Assembly: GCA_964016885.1 (NCBI GenBank)
Contig: OZ024753.1
Span: 21,080,001 to 21,144,000 of the forward strand
Origin: Eledone cirrhosa
Taxonomy: Eukaryota
Length of the DNA: 64,000 nucleotides
Direction: 5' to 3'
Under the pieces are notes generated by a model that searched no databases, was not told the DNA's origin, and worked only from the letters and a program-made list of their open reading frames with translations. A program made the translations under genes and the position numbers. Shown here piece after piece: positions 12,573-26,425 of the stretch. Positions within the stretch are counted from its first letter, which is position 1. Every line of letters begins with the position of its first letter.

Positions 12573-13865
12573 TCACATATTGTGCCAACTTGGCGGGCCA
12601 ATGGAACATCGTCCACTTCTCGTGACTGGAGATGAAACAGGTGGCTTGCTGGGACAGCAATCTGTTGAAGTTTCTGGTGTAGAGACTGTAACAGTATCCA
12701 TGATGGCTTTTTTTAATCTGTCCACGCTGACAGAATTCTGTTTACCATCTAGATCGAGAATAAAATATTTCGGATATTTTTTTAGAACACGATAAGGGCC
12801 AGAATATGGAGGTCGAAGATGAGCTGAGATGGTGTCGTTTCGAACGAAAATGTGTGTCCAATCTTTAATATCTGAAGGTACGTGTGTGGCCGTGTTCTGT
12901 TGACGGGTGCTTGCAGGAGCAAGGTGAGACATATATTGTCGAAGACGGTGTACGTATGATCCTGGGTCTGGAACATCCTGAGGAGAGATGGGAGCAACCA
13001 TCTGACCAGGTAGAACCAGGGTGGTGCCGTACACTAATTCTGCAGGTGTGTGTCCGAATTCCTCTTTAACGGTGGATCGAATGCCCAGAAGGATGAGTGG
13101 CAGGTATTCAAACCAGTGGGTCTTGTCTGGATATGCTTTTATTGCAGCTTTCAATTGGCGATGGAATCTTTCCACGAGACCATTAGCTTGCGGGTGATAA
13201 GCTGTCGTGTGGATGTGTTTACATCCTAACAGGCGAGTCAGTTCCCTGAAGAGGTGGGAGTCAAATTGGCGACCTCTGTCCGTTGTTATCTTCGCTGGGA
13301 CGCCATAACGTGATACCCAGTGTAAAACCAACCAAAGTTTTAGCGACTGTTTCCGCTGAGGTATCACTTATGGGAAAAGCCGCATGCCAACGGGAAAAAC
13401 GATCTATGCAGGTGAGCAAGTGTGTGCAGTTCTGTGATGGTGGTAGAGGTCCTACGATGTCGATGTGCACATGATGAAAACGTGCATCAGGTTGCGCGAA
13501 TGTGCCGAGTGGAGTTTTGATGTGTCTGTGGACTTTGGCTTTCTGGCAGGCAATGCAGCTTCTGGACCAGTCGCGCACGTCCTTGTTAATGTTAGTCCAC
13601 ACAAAACGAGCAGAGATGAGTTTCTGTGTAGCCCGGATTCCCGGGTGAGACAATCAGTGTAACACAGAAAAAACTTGTCGACGATGCATCTGTGGTACGT
13701 ACGGTCGTTCATGACCGGTAGAAAGGTCGCACCAAATTTGTCCCGGAGAAGAAGGAATGGGAACTTGCTGAAACTTGAGAGATGGCGAATCTCGGAGCTT
13801 GATAAACTCTTCGTCAGTCTCTTGGTCAGCTGCGATCTGTTGAAGGTCGATGCCTGAATGCACAT
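12573..13865 (-). pseudogene. Gypsy integrase (frameshifted)
   Basis: HPGIRAT..SCIACQKAK zinc finger, [29 protein letters not shown] and GPY/F motif LRPPYSGPY. Confidence 0.92.
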
Positions 13866-15075
13866 GTATTGCGTTCAGCTGGATTCGGGACAGGGCGTCG
13901 GCTGCTACGTTGTCTGATCCCTTGATATGCCGAATATCAGTTGAATATTGGGAGACAAAATCCAGGTGTCGGAGTTCTCTCGGTGAATATCGATCAGGTT
14001 TGGTACGGAACGCACGGTTTATGGTCCGTGTAGATCACGAAGTCCGATCCTTTGAGCATATGCCGAAAATGTTTAACTGGAAGGTAGGTTGCCAAGAGTT
14101 CGCGGCCAAACGTACTGTATTTGGTTTCTGCAGGTTGCAACTGCTTAGAAAAGCAGGATAAGGGTTGCCAAACGCTGTCGACATGTTGTTGTAAAACGCA
14201 TCCAACCCCCGTGTCTGATGCGTCCAATAGCAGCGACAGAGGAGCGCCAGATCTGGGGAAAACGAGCATGGAAGCGTTTGCCAACATTTCCTTCAGGAGG
14301 TTAAAAGATGTTAATTCTTCGTTTTTGCGAGTCCGATTACGAAGAAGGTCCGTGAGTAGTCTGGCTGCGTCAGCATAATGAGGGATAAAACGCCTATAAA
14401 AATTCACCAAACCGAGGAATTCACGCAGTTTCCGAAGTGATGTAAGTGCGGGAAAATTGCGGATAGCTTCTACTTTCTCGGGAAGTGGACGAATGCCGTC
14501 TTTATCAATGATGTGCTCGAGAAAGGACAGTGAAGGAACGCCGAGAAGGCACTTGCTGGGGCACTTGATGATAATACCGTACTCGGCCAAACGTTGGAAA
14601 AGGAGATCTAAGTGCTTCTCGTGTTCTTGCTCGGAAGTACTTGCTACTAGCACGTCGTCGATATACGCGTATACAAAGGGTAGATCACGTAACACGGTGT
14701 CAATAAACCGCTGAAAAGTGTGTGCAGCATTGCGCAGACCGAATGGCATTCGCAGGAATTCAAATAAACCGAACGGTGTTGTGATTGCGGTCTTCAGAAT
14801 ATCTGCAGGCTCCATAGGTATCTGGTTATATGCATGTACCAAATCTATCTTGGAAAAGATGCGTGCACCTTGCAGAGAGGCAGAAAACTCGTGCAAGTGA
14901 GGTACAGGGTAATTATCAGGTACTGTAGAATTAAGTGCACGATAATCCCCACATAGTCGCCAATCATTCTCGTTTTTTTAGGAACAAGGTGTAGGGGTGC
15001 AGACCAGTTGCTGGAGGAAGGGCGAATGATTCCGAGGTCCAGCATGTGTTGAAACTCCTGTTTGGCGATTCTCAA
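13866..15075 (-). pseudogene. Gypsy reverse transcriptase and RNase H (frameshifted)
   Basis: [40 protein letters not shown] and YTDHKP. Confidence 0.92.
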
Positions 15076-15936
15076 TCAGTCTGGAGGCAGTCTCCTTGGT
15101 CGGGCAACTGTGGGTGGTCCTCTTGTCTTGATGTGATGTGTGACACTATGCTTAATAGGTCCATCCTTAAATACCGGGCGAGTGATGTCTGGGTATTTCT
15201 GCAGAATGGCGTTGTAACGCGAAGGCTCTGACTGGCAAATTACAGGGCTCACTGTGGATTGCGTGGTAAATATACCTCTCACAGTGAGGTTTGTGGTGGT
15301 GTCAATAAGCCTCCGGTTCTTCATGTCCACCAGAAGGTTGAAGTGGTGGAGAAAATCGGCTCCTAAGATAGGGGTCGGCATGTCCGCCACGACGAACACC
15401 CATTGAAAGCGACGCCTCAGGCCTAAATTGAGGGTCAGTGATTTCTCCCCAAAAGTCGGAATTGACGATTGGTTCACTGCCTGCAGAAAGGACGGTGTTG
15501 GATGTCTTTTGCCTGAGATTAGTGAAACAGGAATAACAATAACCTGGGCTCCTGTATCCACGAGGTAACGGATGCCTGTCGCTTGGTCGTTAAAAAATAG
15601 ACGACTTTTCTTTTCAGTACCAGGAGTGAACGTCGTCGCTAGGCCCTGGGTGGTATTCTGGAAAGAGCACGGGGCCTTGCACTTAGATGCCTGTGCGCCG
15701 AATTTTGCGTGATACCAGCAGAGGTTGCCAGACATACGATTTTGACTGGGACTACTGGATCTTCGACGGTGAAAGGGCCTGGATCGACTGTTGCTGCGTC
15801 GCCGGTGTGTTTGAAAGGTCAGGTTCTCTATTTGATTTGAGAGGGCTTTAATTTGACCAGCCTGCTCTCTGATCATATCCCGCAGCTCTGAAATCTCGGC
15901 CTCTGTCCATGTTGGTATCTTCTTAGATTGCTGTCT
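15076..15936 (-). pseudogene. Gypsy gag C-terminus and aspartic protease
   Basis: CHCC motif, LVDTGAQV and ILGADFL. The gag N-terminus is absent. Confidence 0.88.
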
Positions 15937-15968
15937 GGTTGCGTGTTCGAATCACGTCGGGGTCACCA
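15937..15968 (-). promoter_or_regulatory. Primer-binding site complementary to the 3' 32 nt of tRNA-Trp
   Basis: Plus strand reads GGTTGCGTGTTCGAATCACGTCGGGGTCACCA, matching the variable loop, T-arm, acceptor and CCA of eukaryotic tRNA-Trp. It lies 2 nt from the 5' LTR. Confidence 0.88.
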
Positions 15969-15970
15969 AT

Positions 15971-16427
15971 TGTAGCGACGCGGTTAGTCAGTCTGGTCAC
16001 TACTTCTGATCAGATCCGAGAATAGCCCTTAGAAGGACTGTTATCGCATACGGTCTGATCAGATCTGAAGATAGCCCTTAAAAGAACTGTGGTCACATAC
16101 GGTAAGGATGAACAGACGAAAGCACAAGTTGAAAGGACGAGCAAAGCGAGAGATGTAGTTTCGATCAGCTATTTATTTTCACATGAAGCGACGATACAAG
16201 GTACAAGGCGTGTGTGAGTGACAAGCATGGCAGAGGAGAGGAACAACGATACGCGAGTTGACTCTGCCAAAGTCAACTGGCGAAAGTGTTTGGAACCACT
16301 CTATTTATACAGAAATAAGTGTTTTATTCTGATGGCTTCTAAGGGTTGTTTGTTTCACGGTGAGGTAGCTAGCTAACAGATAGATGGAGCTGTATATTTC
16401 ACAGATGTTATTTCCGGTGGCTGTATA
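15971..16427 (-). repeat. 5' LTR of the Gypsy element
   Basis: Direct repeat of 11167-11648; flanked by (TA)n. Confidence 0.9.
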
Positions 16428-17335
16428 TATACATATATATATAACAAAGAAAGTGTGGTAGGGTACCAGGTGGACCTCGTGTAAATACAGAATATATAGG
16501 ATATATCTTACCTTCAAACCCCCCTCACGACCCAGGTGAGTAGACCTCGGCTATATCTCCTTCCCAATTACAAACTAAGATAGAGGAAACCCCAAACATA
16601 CTTAGGTAGAAACAGAATTTTTTCTTCATTAGTTACACACTAATTACACTTAGGTGGATCTTAACATATCTACACTATTATAATCAGTTCCTAACCTACC
16701 TTAGGTTAACCCTGAATATTTTCACTCTTATTAAATATACATACAGCCCTATGGAACTGGCCAAACACATAGCTATGACACCTTACTAGACAAGGGTTGA
16801 TTGTTTGGGGTGTATCATTATAAAAGAAAATACTAGTAAATTAGTGTATTGAGGTGCCCTTCCTGTGCATTAGAGTAATTGATAACTAAATTTCTTTATT
16901 AGGAACTGAATTAGTATTAACATATAAATGCTTCACTCTTTAGCTAAGTGTTAAATTTGGCAAACTTAAACTCTCTAACTACCTTCCTTGATTCTTACAT
17001 GCTGAAATTATATTCTTTAAATTGTAGGTTACAGTCTCTATAAATGATAGGTCAGACTGTCCTCTTACTCCCTCCCCTTTGTTCTACAGGCCAGTTCAGC
17101 CCCCCCCCCCCCCCCCAGCCGCGCTGCTATAAAGGAATTTAACCATGTACATGACATCCCAGATCACTGACCACTCCCCATGACAGACAAGAGGAACAAC
17201 AAACTTTTAGGATTATTTGCTTTGATATTTCTGCTTATTTTGCTTTGACTGCATGCCCATATATGGACTGTACCCCTTGATAAGTTCAGCTAGATTCCTG
17301 TCGTTCTAATACTGCTGGATTAGTTTGACACTTTT

Positions 17336-17464
<129 letters not shown>

Positions 17465-17466
17465 TG

Positions 17467-17517
17467 AGATTCTACAGGACTAGAACTGTTTCATTCTTTA
17501 GAAATCATCAGGAATCT
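17467..17517 (-). ncRNA. Type I hammerhead ribozyme
   Basis: AGAUUC-CUGAUGA-uuucuaaagaau-GAAA-CAG..CUG-UA-GAAUCU; stems I-III pair; next to (TA)n. Confidence 0.8.
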
Positions 17518-18031
17518 GGGTATCAAAAAATAAGTATGGTATTTATAGGTCTCTACAAATGGTAGGAGAGGGTGGGGAGTGGGATGGGTGTAGGTCATTG
17601 GTTGATGTAAAAGGGAATTCATTAAAAGCTAATTCTACAAAGTTATAGTTTATTTTTATTTTTATTTTTAGAGTAACAAAGGCAGAAAGAATTCTATAAA
17701 CAGGTTCAGGATGGGGTGCCACTCCTTATTATTAAGTTTCTCTTAAGCTAACAGGTGTCTATAAGATCAGTGGAGGTCAGTCATGGTAGATAGATTTAAA
17801 GGAAAGGGAGGTTCTTTAAAAGCTAAATTCTTTAAGGTTCTACTAAGTGACAAAAGTAGAGAATTCTGTAGACAAATTCAAAATATTGAGTGCATCTCAT
17901 ACAATTATCTTCAAATTTCTCTTAAACTATTCAACTATATGCCAAAAATCAACAGACACATTCACAAACACACTCACTCACACACTAGCGCGCACCCATA
18001 AACACACACACATACACATATACACATATAT

Positions 18032-18076
<45 letters not shown>

Positions 18077-18154
18077 GTAATAATAATAAATTTGAAGACT
18101 AAAATCTAAAGAGGGCTCGATAAGGATAAATATATATCAAATATATAAGAACGG

Positions 18155-18408
18155 TTAAAATAACAGATTAAAGTTCAAGCAAAGAATCGCTGCTTTCACC
18201 CTTAACGGGATCTTCTGAAACTAACAAAGTCAATCTGTAAACGCAGAAATGGATATTTCAAAAAACGTTTTCAACCCGTCTTCCTCCGGTTGCAACGTTT
18301 TTTGAAATATCCAGTTCTGCGTTTACAGATTGACTTTGTTAGTTTCAGAAGATCCCGTTAAGGGTGAAAGCAGCTATTCTTTGCTTAAACTTTAATCTGT
18401 TATTTTAA
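18155..18408. repeat. Fold-back element with 115-bp arms, each with a variant hammerhead (CAGAAGA core)
   Basis: 18155-18269 is the reverse complement of 18294-18408. Hammerhead-like folds at 18341-18391 (+) and 18172-18222 (-). Confidence 0.85.
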
Positions 18409-18414
18409 TAAATA

Positions 18415-18502
<88 letters not shown>

Positions 18503-18550
18503 CATACACACACATACATACACACACACACACATATATATATATATATG

Positions 18551-18586
<36 letters not shown>

Positions 18587-18651
18587 CACACACACACATA
18601 CACATATATACATATATACACACACATATATATATACATACACACATACAC

Positions 18652-18715
<64 letters not shown>

Positions 18716-18767
18716 TATATATATATATATACACATATACATACACACATACACACATACATATATG

Positions 18768-18801
<34 letters not shown>

Positions 18802-18931
18802 TATATACACATACATACATATATATACACACACACACACATATATATATATATACACACACACACATATACATATATATATGAGACGTAAAATAAGAAA
18901 ATTATAAAATTAACTTACTTACTAAAATATC

Positions 18932-19013
18932 ACTTCCAACTAATTAGTTTCTGGAATGGAGTAAATATATTTTCCGAAGAAGATACTGAGAAGCATTCCG
19001 TCGTCAGGAAAGT
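18932..19013 (-). ncRNA. Type I hammerhead ribozyme with extended stem II
   Basis: ACUUUC-CUGACGA-cGGAAUG...CAUUCCa-GAAA-CUAAUUAG-UU-GGAAGU; palindromic stem III. Confidence 0.78.
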
Positions 19014-19126
19014 CTATTCTCATGTAAGTTTCCAGGCAAAGCGAGGACTCTGGAAACTTATTAAAAAATAATTCAGTGGATAGGAAATAGCAAAGCGTGG
19101 ACTGAATTCCTAGCCATTGAGAAAAT

Positions 19127-19405
19127 CACTGCCTCTGCGTCTGTGGCAAATTCAAAAAGAATCGAACACGTGACATCGAGGTCAATCAGTGGAAAGTGGT
19201 TTGCTAATAAGACAGCGGTCTATATATGTTACTAGATATGAATTCTTTATTATTATCTCCAAATTATTTGTCGAGCAATATTGGCCATGACTGCTGCTAC
19301 GGTTGTAGGCAGGCTGCTGTCTTATTAGCAAACCACTTTCCACTGATTGACATCGATGTCACGTGTTCGATTCTTTTTGAATTTGCCACAGACGCAGAGG
19401 CAGTG
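19127..19405. repeat. Inverted repeat with 90-bp arms (same element as the 18932 hammerhead; right arm cut by an RTE fragment)
   Basis: 19127-19216 is the near-perfect reverse complement of 19316-19405. Confidence 0.85.
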
Positions 19406-20340
19406 GGTGGGGGTGGGGTGGGTATTTTGTTAGAGATGCCTAGTGACTGTAGTAGGTTTTACTTTGTATTTAGGTAAGGCGGGTCTTCTCTATTACTCAG
19501 TGCCGCCAAAGATCTCGGTCCAGTAACATTGTCTTGGAGAGGTGTAAGTGTGTGAGGTCGGAGTTTATCAGGTCGTCCCAGGTTTTTCTGGGTCTGCCTA
19601 CTCCGTGGCTACCGTCTATCTTTATTGCCCTGCACTATACACATACACACATACATACATACACCTACATATAACCATATACACACATATATATATATAT
19701 AAATATATATATCATCATCATCATCATCGTTTAACGTCCATGTTCCACGCTTGCATGGGTTTGGACGGGAGTTTTCCCACTTGAGGCAAGAGTGTTGTCT
19801 TGCTCGCATAGGACTGTCTGGCGGGTTTTCTACAGCTGGATGCCCTTCCTAACACCAACCACATTTACAGTGTGGGACTGGGAGGTTTTTACCGTGTTGC
19901 CTACACGGCCACATTACAGCGTGGACTGTGTGTTTTTTTGTTGTGACACCTACACGATCTCATTTGTTTCGGCCTGGATGTTGTGGCACCAACATAACTT
20001 TACACTGAAAGGGGCGGTGTGGATGGGGTGGAGGTGGTGGGACGGGGGTGTATTTTGTTAGAGATGCCTACTGACTGTAGTAGGTTTTACTTTGTATTTA
20101 GGTAAGGCGGGTCTTCACTATTACTGAGTACCGCCAAAGATCTCGGTCCAGTGACATTGTCTTGGAGAGGTGTAAGGGTGTGAGGTCGGAATTTATCAGG
20201 TCATCCCAGGTTTTTCTGGGTCTGCCTACTCCGTGGCTACCGTCTATTTTTATGTTCCCTGCACTTTTTTTATGCAGCTGTCGTCTTTCATGCGCATCAC
20301 GTGACCATACCAACGTAGCCTTCTCTCGAGTAAACAACAT
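19406..20340 (-). mobile_element. RTE LINE 3' fragments, partly duplicated
   Basis: [19 protein letters not shown] peptide; (ATG)n tail at ~19712; ~19420-19635 repeats ~20048-20265. Confidence 0.8.
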
Positions 20341-20382
20341 CTGATCCCTCTTATTTCTAATTTTCCCCTTAGTTCGTTTATG

Positions 20383-20451
<69 letters not shown>

Positions 20452-20550
20452 CATACATACATAAACATACAAATATACACATATACACACATATATACAC
20501 ACAAAAATATATATACACATATTCACACATACACATACATATATACACAC

Positions 20551-20601
<51 letters not shown>

Positions 20602-21415
20602 GATAAATCTACCAAGAGTTTACGGTAGTGTCCAATCCGTGTATATGTATATGTATATGTATTAATTTTGATTTCTATTTGCATATAATTATATTCTGCT
20701 ATTGATAAAATACAATATCTGTTTTATTTATTATATACCTAATTAACATATACTATAGAAATAAATATATAATTTTTAATTTAATTAACCTATATTTTAT
20801 ATTATACTACCGATGTAATACTTTATTTGTTTTTTCCCTATTACTAAATTCATTTCCTAATATTGATACCATAAAGTTATTAACTTTAATTTAGTTATAC
20901 TATAATTAATACTCTACTACTATTTAACTTCAAAATTCTGCTTCAAATATTATAAACCTAACTAATTTACACCTTAGAAATCAATATGTTAACTATCTTT
21001 AGTTTAGTTAACATATAATTAATGGTATACTTATTTATTTTGAATTGCATAAATTTTGCCTTATTCCTTGTTTATTGTATTTCCTAACACTGATACTATG
21101 TATAAACATACATTGGATCTAGATACAGATAATATTCTATGTTTCTTGAAACATATATTTACTATAATCCCCTTCTCCAACCCCCCCCCCCCCTTTCCCC
21201 CATACTATTATCATCTGTGTTTGTAAGCGTGTATGTATGAATATATATGTAGGTAGGTGTATATATATTTGGGTATTTATATCCGAATATAAAAATACAT
21301 ATATGCGCATGCAAATAAGAACGTATGATTGTGTGTATATATATATATGTGTGTATGTATGTGTATATGTGTGTATATATGCATGTGTGTATATGTATGT
21401 GTATGTGTATGTCTG

Positions 21416-21474
<59 letters not shown>

Positions 21475-21882
21475 GTATATGTATATATAGATATGTGTGT
21501 GTATGTATGTATGTATATGTGTGTGTGTGTATATATATGTATGTCTCTCTATTTATATGTATATCTTCGTATCTATGTGGATATATGTGTGTGTGTGCAT
21601 GTATGTATATGTGTGTGTGTGTATATATATGTATGTCTCTCTATTTATATGTATATCTTCGTATCTATGTGGATATATGTGTGTGTGTGCATGTATACAC
21701 ATATATGTGTTTTATGTGTATATGTGTGTATGTATATATATGTGTGTATGCACACACATGTATATGTGAATGTGTATATATGTGTGTGTGTGTATATGTA
21801 TGTGTATATATGTATGTATATATATCTATGTGTGTTTATATGTCTATATTCATATGTGTGTGTGTGTATATATATATATATG

Positions 21883-21921
<39 letters not shown>

Positions 21922-22468
21922 GTATCTGTATATATATATATATATTATTTATTATTATAATATAACTTATGTGTATGTGTATATGTGAGGGTGTGTATGT
22001 GTATATATATGTGTATATATATGTGTAATAAAATATATATGTGTGTATGTCTGTCTTTTATGCGTATGTATATATATATATATGTGTATATATTTATATA
22101 TGTGGGTGTTTGTATGTGTATTTATGGTTGTATGTGTGTGAGGGTATATGTATATAAGTGTATGTGTGTACACACATATATGTATATATATATATATATG
22201 TGTATATATATCTCTATTGATGCGTGTATATATGTATATGTATATGCCTTTTTCTTTGTATATCTGAATTGGGTGAGGGTGTAGTGGTGTTTCTATGTAT
22301 ATACGCATATATGGATGCGTTTGTATTGGTATATATGAGTATATGTAAGTGCGTATGTATGTATGTTTATATATCTAATTCTATGTATGAGTATATATGT
22401 GTGTATGTATGTTGTGTGTGTATGTATGTATATGTCTATGTGTGTATATATATATGTATGTATGTATG

Positions 22469-23056
22469 TCTCATGGTCGGTTCGTTGGCGACTAAACTGG
22501 CAACCCCACCAAGGTTTCTTGGTGAGGAGGGTGACTTTGGACATCCTGCAGGACTAAAAACAAAACCTGTCAAAGGGCAAAGGAGCTCTTAAGAGTCAAT
22601 GGCCATCCAAAATCACCGGGAGAGATGACCCCTTTAGCCTTAGTCAAGGCAGAATTCTAGGAGAAGGAAAACTCTGATATAACACCTGCAACCCTGATGG
22701 TATCCAATGATGTTGACTTGTTCTTCTTTTTGGTAAATAGCATCTTGGTTAAGAGAGTGGGACTGGCTTTGTGCAGTGCCTTTGCTCACTATAAAAGCTT
22801 CACGGCACAGGCATTGCTTTATATCTGGAGATCTCTCTGCACTTGTCCTCACATGGGCCCAGCACTATGTGTCAGTGATTGTCCTACCATGGGCCTAGCA
22901 CTATGTGTCAATGGTTGTCACAGGTGTAGTGTTTGTACCAGAGGTTTCAAGTCGCTGGCTGGACTAAAAAGTCACACTCGTTCAGCGCTTCGGTAGGGGT
23001 TATCCTACATGGATGTAAAGTAGTGGCCGTACTCGAAAACGAGTTGGCAGCCACCA
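22469..23056 (+). mobile_element. Short internally deleted (bipartite) RTE/BovB-like element
   Basis: RTE-type 5' UTR (..CTAGGAGAAGGAAAACTCTGA) joined to a C-terminal zinc-finger remnant CSVCTRGFKSLAGLKSH, a 3' hairpin and a (TGTA)n tail. Confidence 0.6.
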
Positions 23057-23128
23057 TGTATGTATGTGTATGTATATGTATGTATGTACATGTATGTCTA
23101 TGTATGTGTGTATGTATGTGTATGTATG

Positions 23129-23227
<99 letters not shown>

Positions 23228-23794
23228 TTATTTTTTTTATATATATGTGTGTGTGTATATGTGTGTGTGTGGTTGTATATATATCTTTGTATATGTGTAT
23301 GTGTATGTTCGTGTAGGTGTATGTGTGTGTATGACTATATATGTATGTATATGTGTGTATGTGTGTGTATATATATCTATGTGTGTGTACATGTATGTAT
23401 GTGTTTGTATGTGTATGTGTGTATGTGTATATGTATATGTATGTATATGTATATATATATATATATGTATATATATGTGTATATATATATATATATATAT
23501 GTATATGTTTCTCTATTTGTATATGTATATATGTATGGGTATATACCTTTTCCTTGTATGTCTGAGTTGTGTGAGAGTGTAGTGGTGTTTGTATGTATAT
23601 ACCGATATATAGATGCGTAAGTATTTGTCTGTATGTATGTATATATGTCTGTATGTATTTGTGTGTATATATAGGTATGTATGTGTATATCTGTATGTAT
23701 ATATGTATGTAAGTGTAGGTATATGTGTATGTATGTGTGTGTATATATATGTGTGTCTATATAGTATGTGTGATTATATGCCTATGTATGAGTG

Positions 23795-23841
<47 letters not shown>

Positions 23842-24063
23842 ATATATATGTGTATTTATATGTATGTGTGTATTTGTATCTATGTGTGTATATGTATATG
23901 TTTATATATGTGTGTGTATGTTATGTTCTAAGTGTGGATGTGTGTATATGTATGTATGTGTTTGTATATGTGTATGTGTATATATATATGTGTGTGTGTG
24001 TGTGTATGTATGTGTATGTATATATATATGTATGTATATATGTATATAGATATATATATGTGG

Positions 24064-24094
<31 letters not shown>

Positions 24095-24765
24095 CTTGAT
24101 ATATTTCTTTTTTCTTTTTTCTTTTTTCTTTTTTCTTTTTCTTTTCTTTCCTTTTTAATGTTTATTTATTATTTATTATTTATTATTATTTTTTACTTTT
24201 TATTTTTTATTTTCTTAGTTTATAGATACATCTATATTAAGCAGGCAGCCCAAACCGTTGAATACTGACCCCCCCCCCCCCCCTCCCACCTAATTTCTGT
24301 ATCTTTATCTAAATGTGTGTGCCAGTGTTTATGTGAGTGAATTAATATCCATGTGCTTAGGATTTTATATCCACATATATATATATGTGAGTGGTGGTGT
24401 GTGTGTGTTTGTATGTTTGTAGTTTATGTGTATGTTTATGCATATACGCGCGTGTATGTGTGATTGTACGGATATGTGTTAGTGTGAAAATATGTGTATA
24501 CATTTATTTCATATTTATGTATCTATACGCATCTTATCTGTGCATTATAAACTTACAGAGACATTAACCTTGAAATTTTGTATTTGCATCCATCCTTTTT
24601 GTATGACTATACAGGTTGTGCATACATTTTTGTAAAATATGTGTAAGGGTTATTACATGTATATACACACACCGAACGGCATTAAACCTTTTGTATTTTC
24701 ATTGGTCAATTTTGTTCCCAAACGGACCTGAAAGTTTGAATTGTTGTTATTATCAATAAATATAT

Positions 24766-24919
24766 TTCATTATTTCTGAAGACGGCGTATATATGTGTTG
24801 GTATGTATATTTAATCTTGATAGTTTGTATAATTTTGTATAATTTTGTACATAGATCTGTTGAATATGCATGCCAACTCTAACACATATATATCCTAGAA
24901 ACGATCGTTAAATAATGAA
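24766..24919 (+). ncRNA. Type I hammerhead ribozyme with ~115-nt stem II insertion
   Basis: UUCAUUAUUU-CUGAAGA-[long stem-loop]-GAAA-CGAUCG-UU-AAAUAAUGAA; perfect 10-bp stem I and palindromic stem III. Confidence 0.78.
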
Positions 24920-25017
24920 CTTTTTTTGTTTAATATAAGGAATTGTTTATTCATTATTTGTTTAATATTTTATATATATATATATATATATACATATACA
25001 CATATACACACACACAC

Positions 25018-25060
<43 letters not shown>

Positions 25061-25123
25061 TATATGCATATACACATACACATACATATATATATATACA
25101 CATATACACATATACACATATAC

Positions 25124-25176
<53 letters not shown>

Positions 25177-25203
25177 TACACATACATACACACACACATA
25201 TAT

Positions 25204-25300
<97 letters not shown>

Positions 25301-25466
25301 TATATATATATATATGTACACATATACACACACACACACATATATATATACACATACACACACACACATATATACACATATATACACACACACACATATA
25401 TAAATAATAAATAAATAAATAAATAAATACACACACACATACACACATACATATATATATATATAT

Positions 25467-26214
25467 ATATTAAGATAGGGGGGGAAGAAAAAATGGCTTC
25501 ACTTGTGCTTTCAACAAATTTATTTTCTTCACAAAATCCAAAAAGAATTTTTCTTAAAAAAAATTATTTTATAAATTAAGTTGTTGGTTGTTGGTTAGGT
25601 CTTAAGAGTTCTTGGTTAACGTAGGAGGTATTGTTTCGTTTTTAGAAAGACCTTTCACGCTGAGGTGCGCTTGTCAAACTGATGTGTATGTGGTGTGTTG
25701 TTCTATATATAGGGATTTAACATGTCTGTGGTGTGGTGGGGGTTTCTTTTTCTCCCCCTTTAATAAGTGCATGGGTGTAGGTGTGTTGAAAAAGTGTTCA
25801 TAGCAGTAATGAGTTGAGACGGTGAGTAGGGTTGGGTGGGGAGAAATGTAGCAAGTGCGGCCTGCCCCGGTCATTCTCGAAAAATTCCTTTATTCAGGGG
25901 AAAAGCTTTTAGCATTGCTTTTGTGTTGAGAATGGTCACGGGCAAATCGCACCTGTCAAGTTTGTGAATAATTATTTTTTTCTTTCTTTCCTGAAGAATT
26001 TTTCTACGTCCATCCCAAAGTTAGTCCTTTGTTCAACACACACATATGTGTGCATATACGTACTTACACACACGGGCATATGTAGGAATATATAGGCACA
26101 CACCATCAATCACACACCCATGTACAAATACATACACAAAAACATATAGATACACATATAAAAACACACATACACATACGTACACACACGAATATGTACT
26201 CATACCTCCACATG

Positions 26215-26220
<6 letters not shown>
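25467..26220. repeat. Left arm of ~750-bp long-range inverted repeat
   Basis: Near-identical reverse complement of 34695-35448. Confidence 0.92.
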
Positions 26221-26267
<47 letters not shown>

Positions 26268-26425
26268 TTAGTTATACTATTTATGGTTATGTAAATACAA
26301 GACCTTAAGCAGTTGTAAGTATTTTACACACACCCTAAATAGTGGTAGGCAGTATTGTATTACTACCTTATTACCAGTAAGTTAAGTAGCTCAATGTAAA
26401 AACATCAGATGATTTACAGAGCAGT

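Larger units (their letters stand above)
11167..16427 (-). mobile_element. Ty3/Gypsy LTR retrotransposon, CsRn1/Kabuki-like clade; frameshifted, 5' gag deleted, inserted in (TA)n
   Basis: Paired LTRs, tRNA-Trp PBS, PPT, CHCC gag motif CWYHAKFG..ASKCKAPC, and PR-RT-RH-IN domain order. Confidence 0.95.
20385..25470. repeat. Compound (TA)n/(TG)n/(TATG)n microsatellite field
   Basis: Alternating purine-pyrimidine low complexity with diverged internal duplications (e.g. ~22255 and ~23550). Confidence 0.9.

Noticed and set aside
15937-15968. tRNA-Trp gene
   Set aside because: Only the 3' 32 nt are present, with encoded CCA, next to an LTR. It is a primer-derived sequence.
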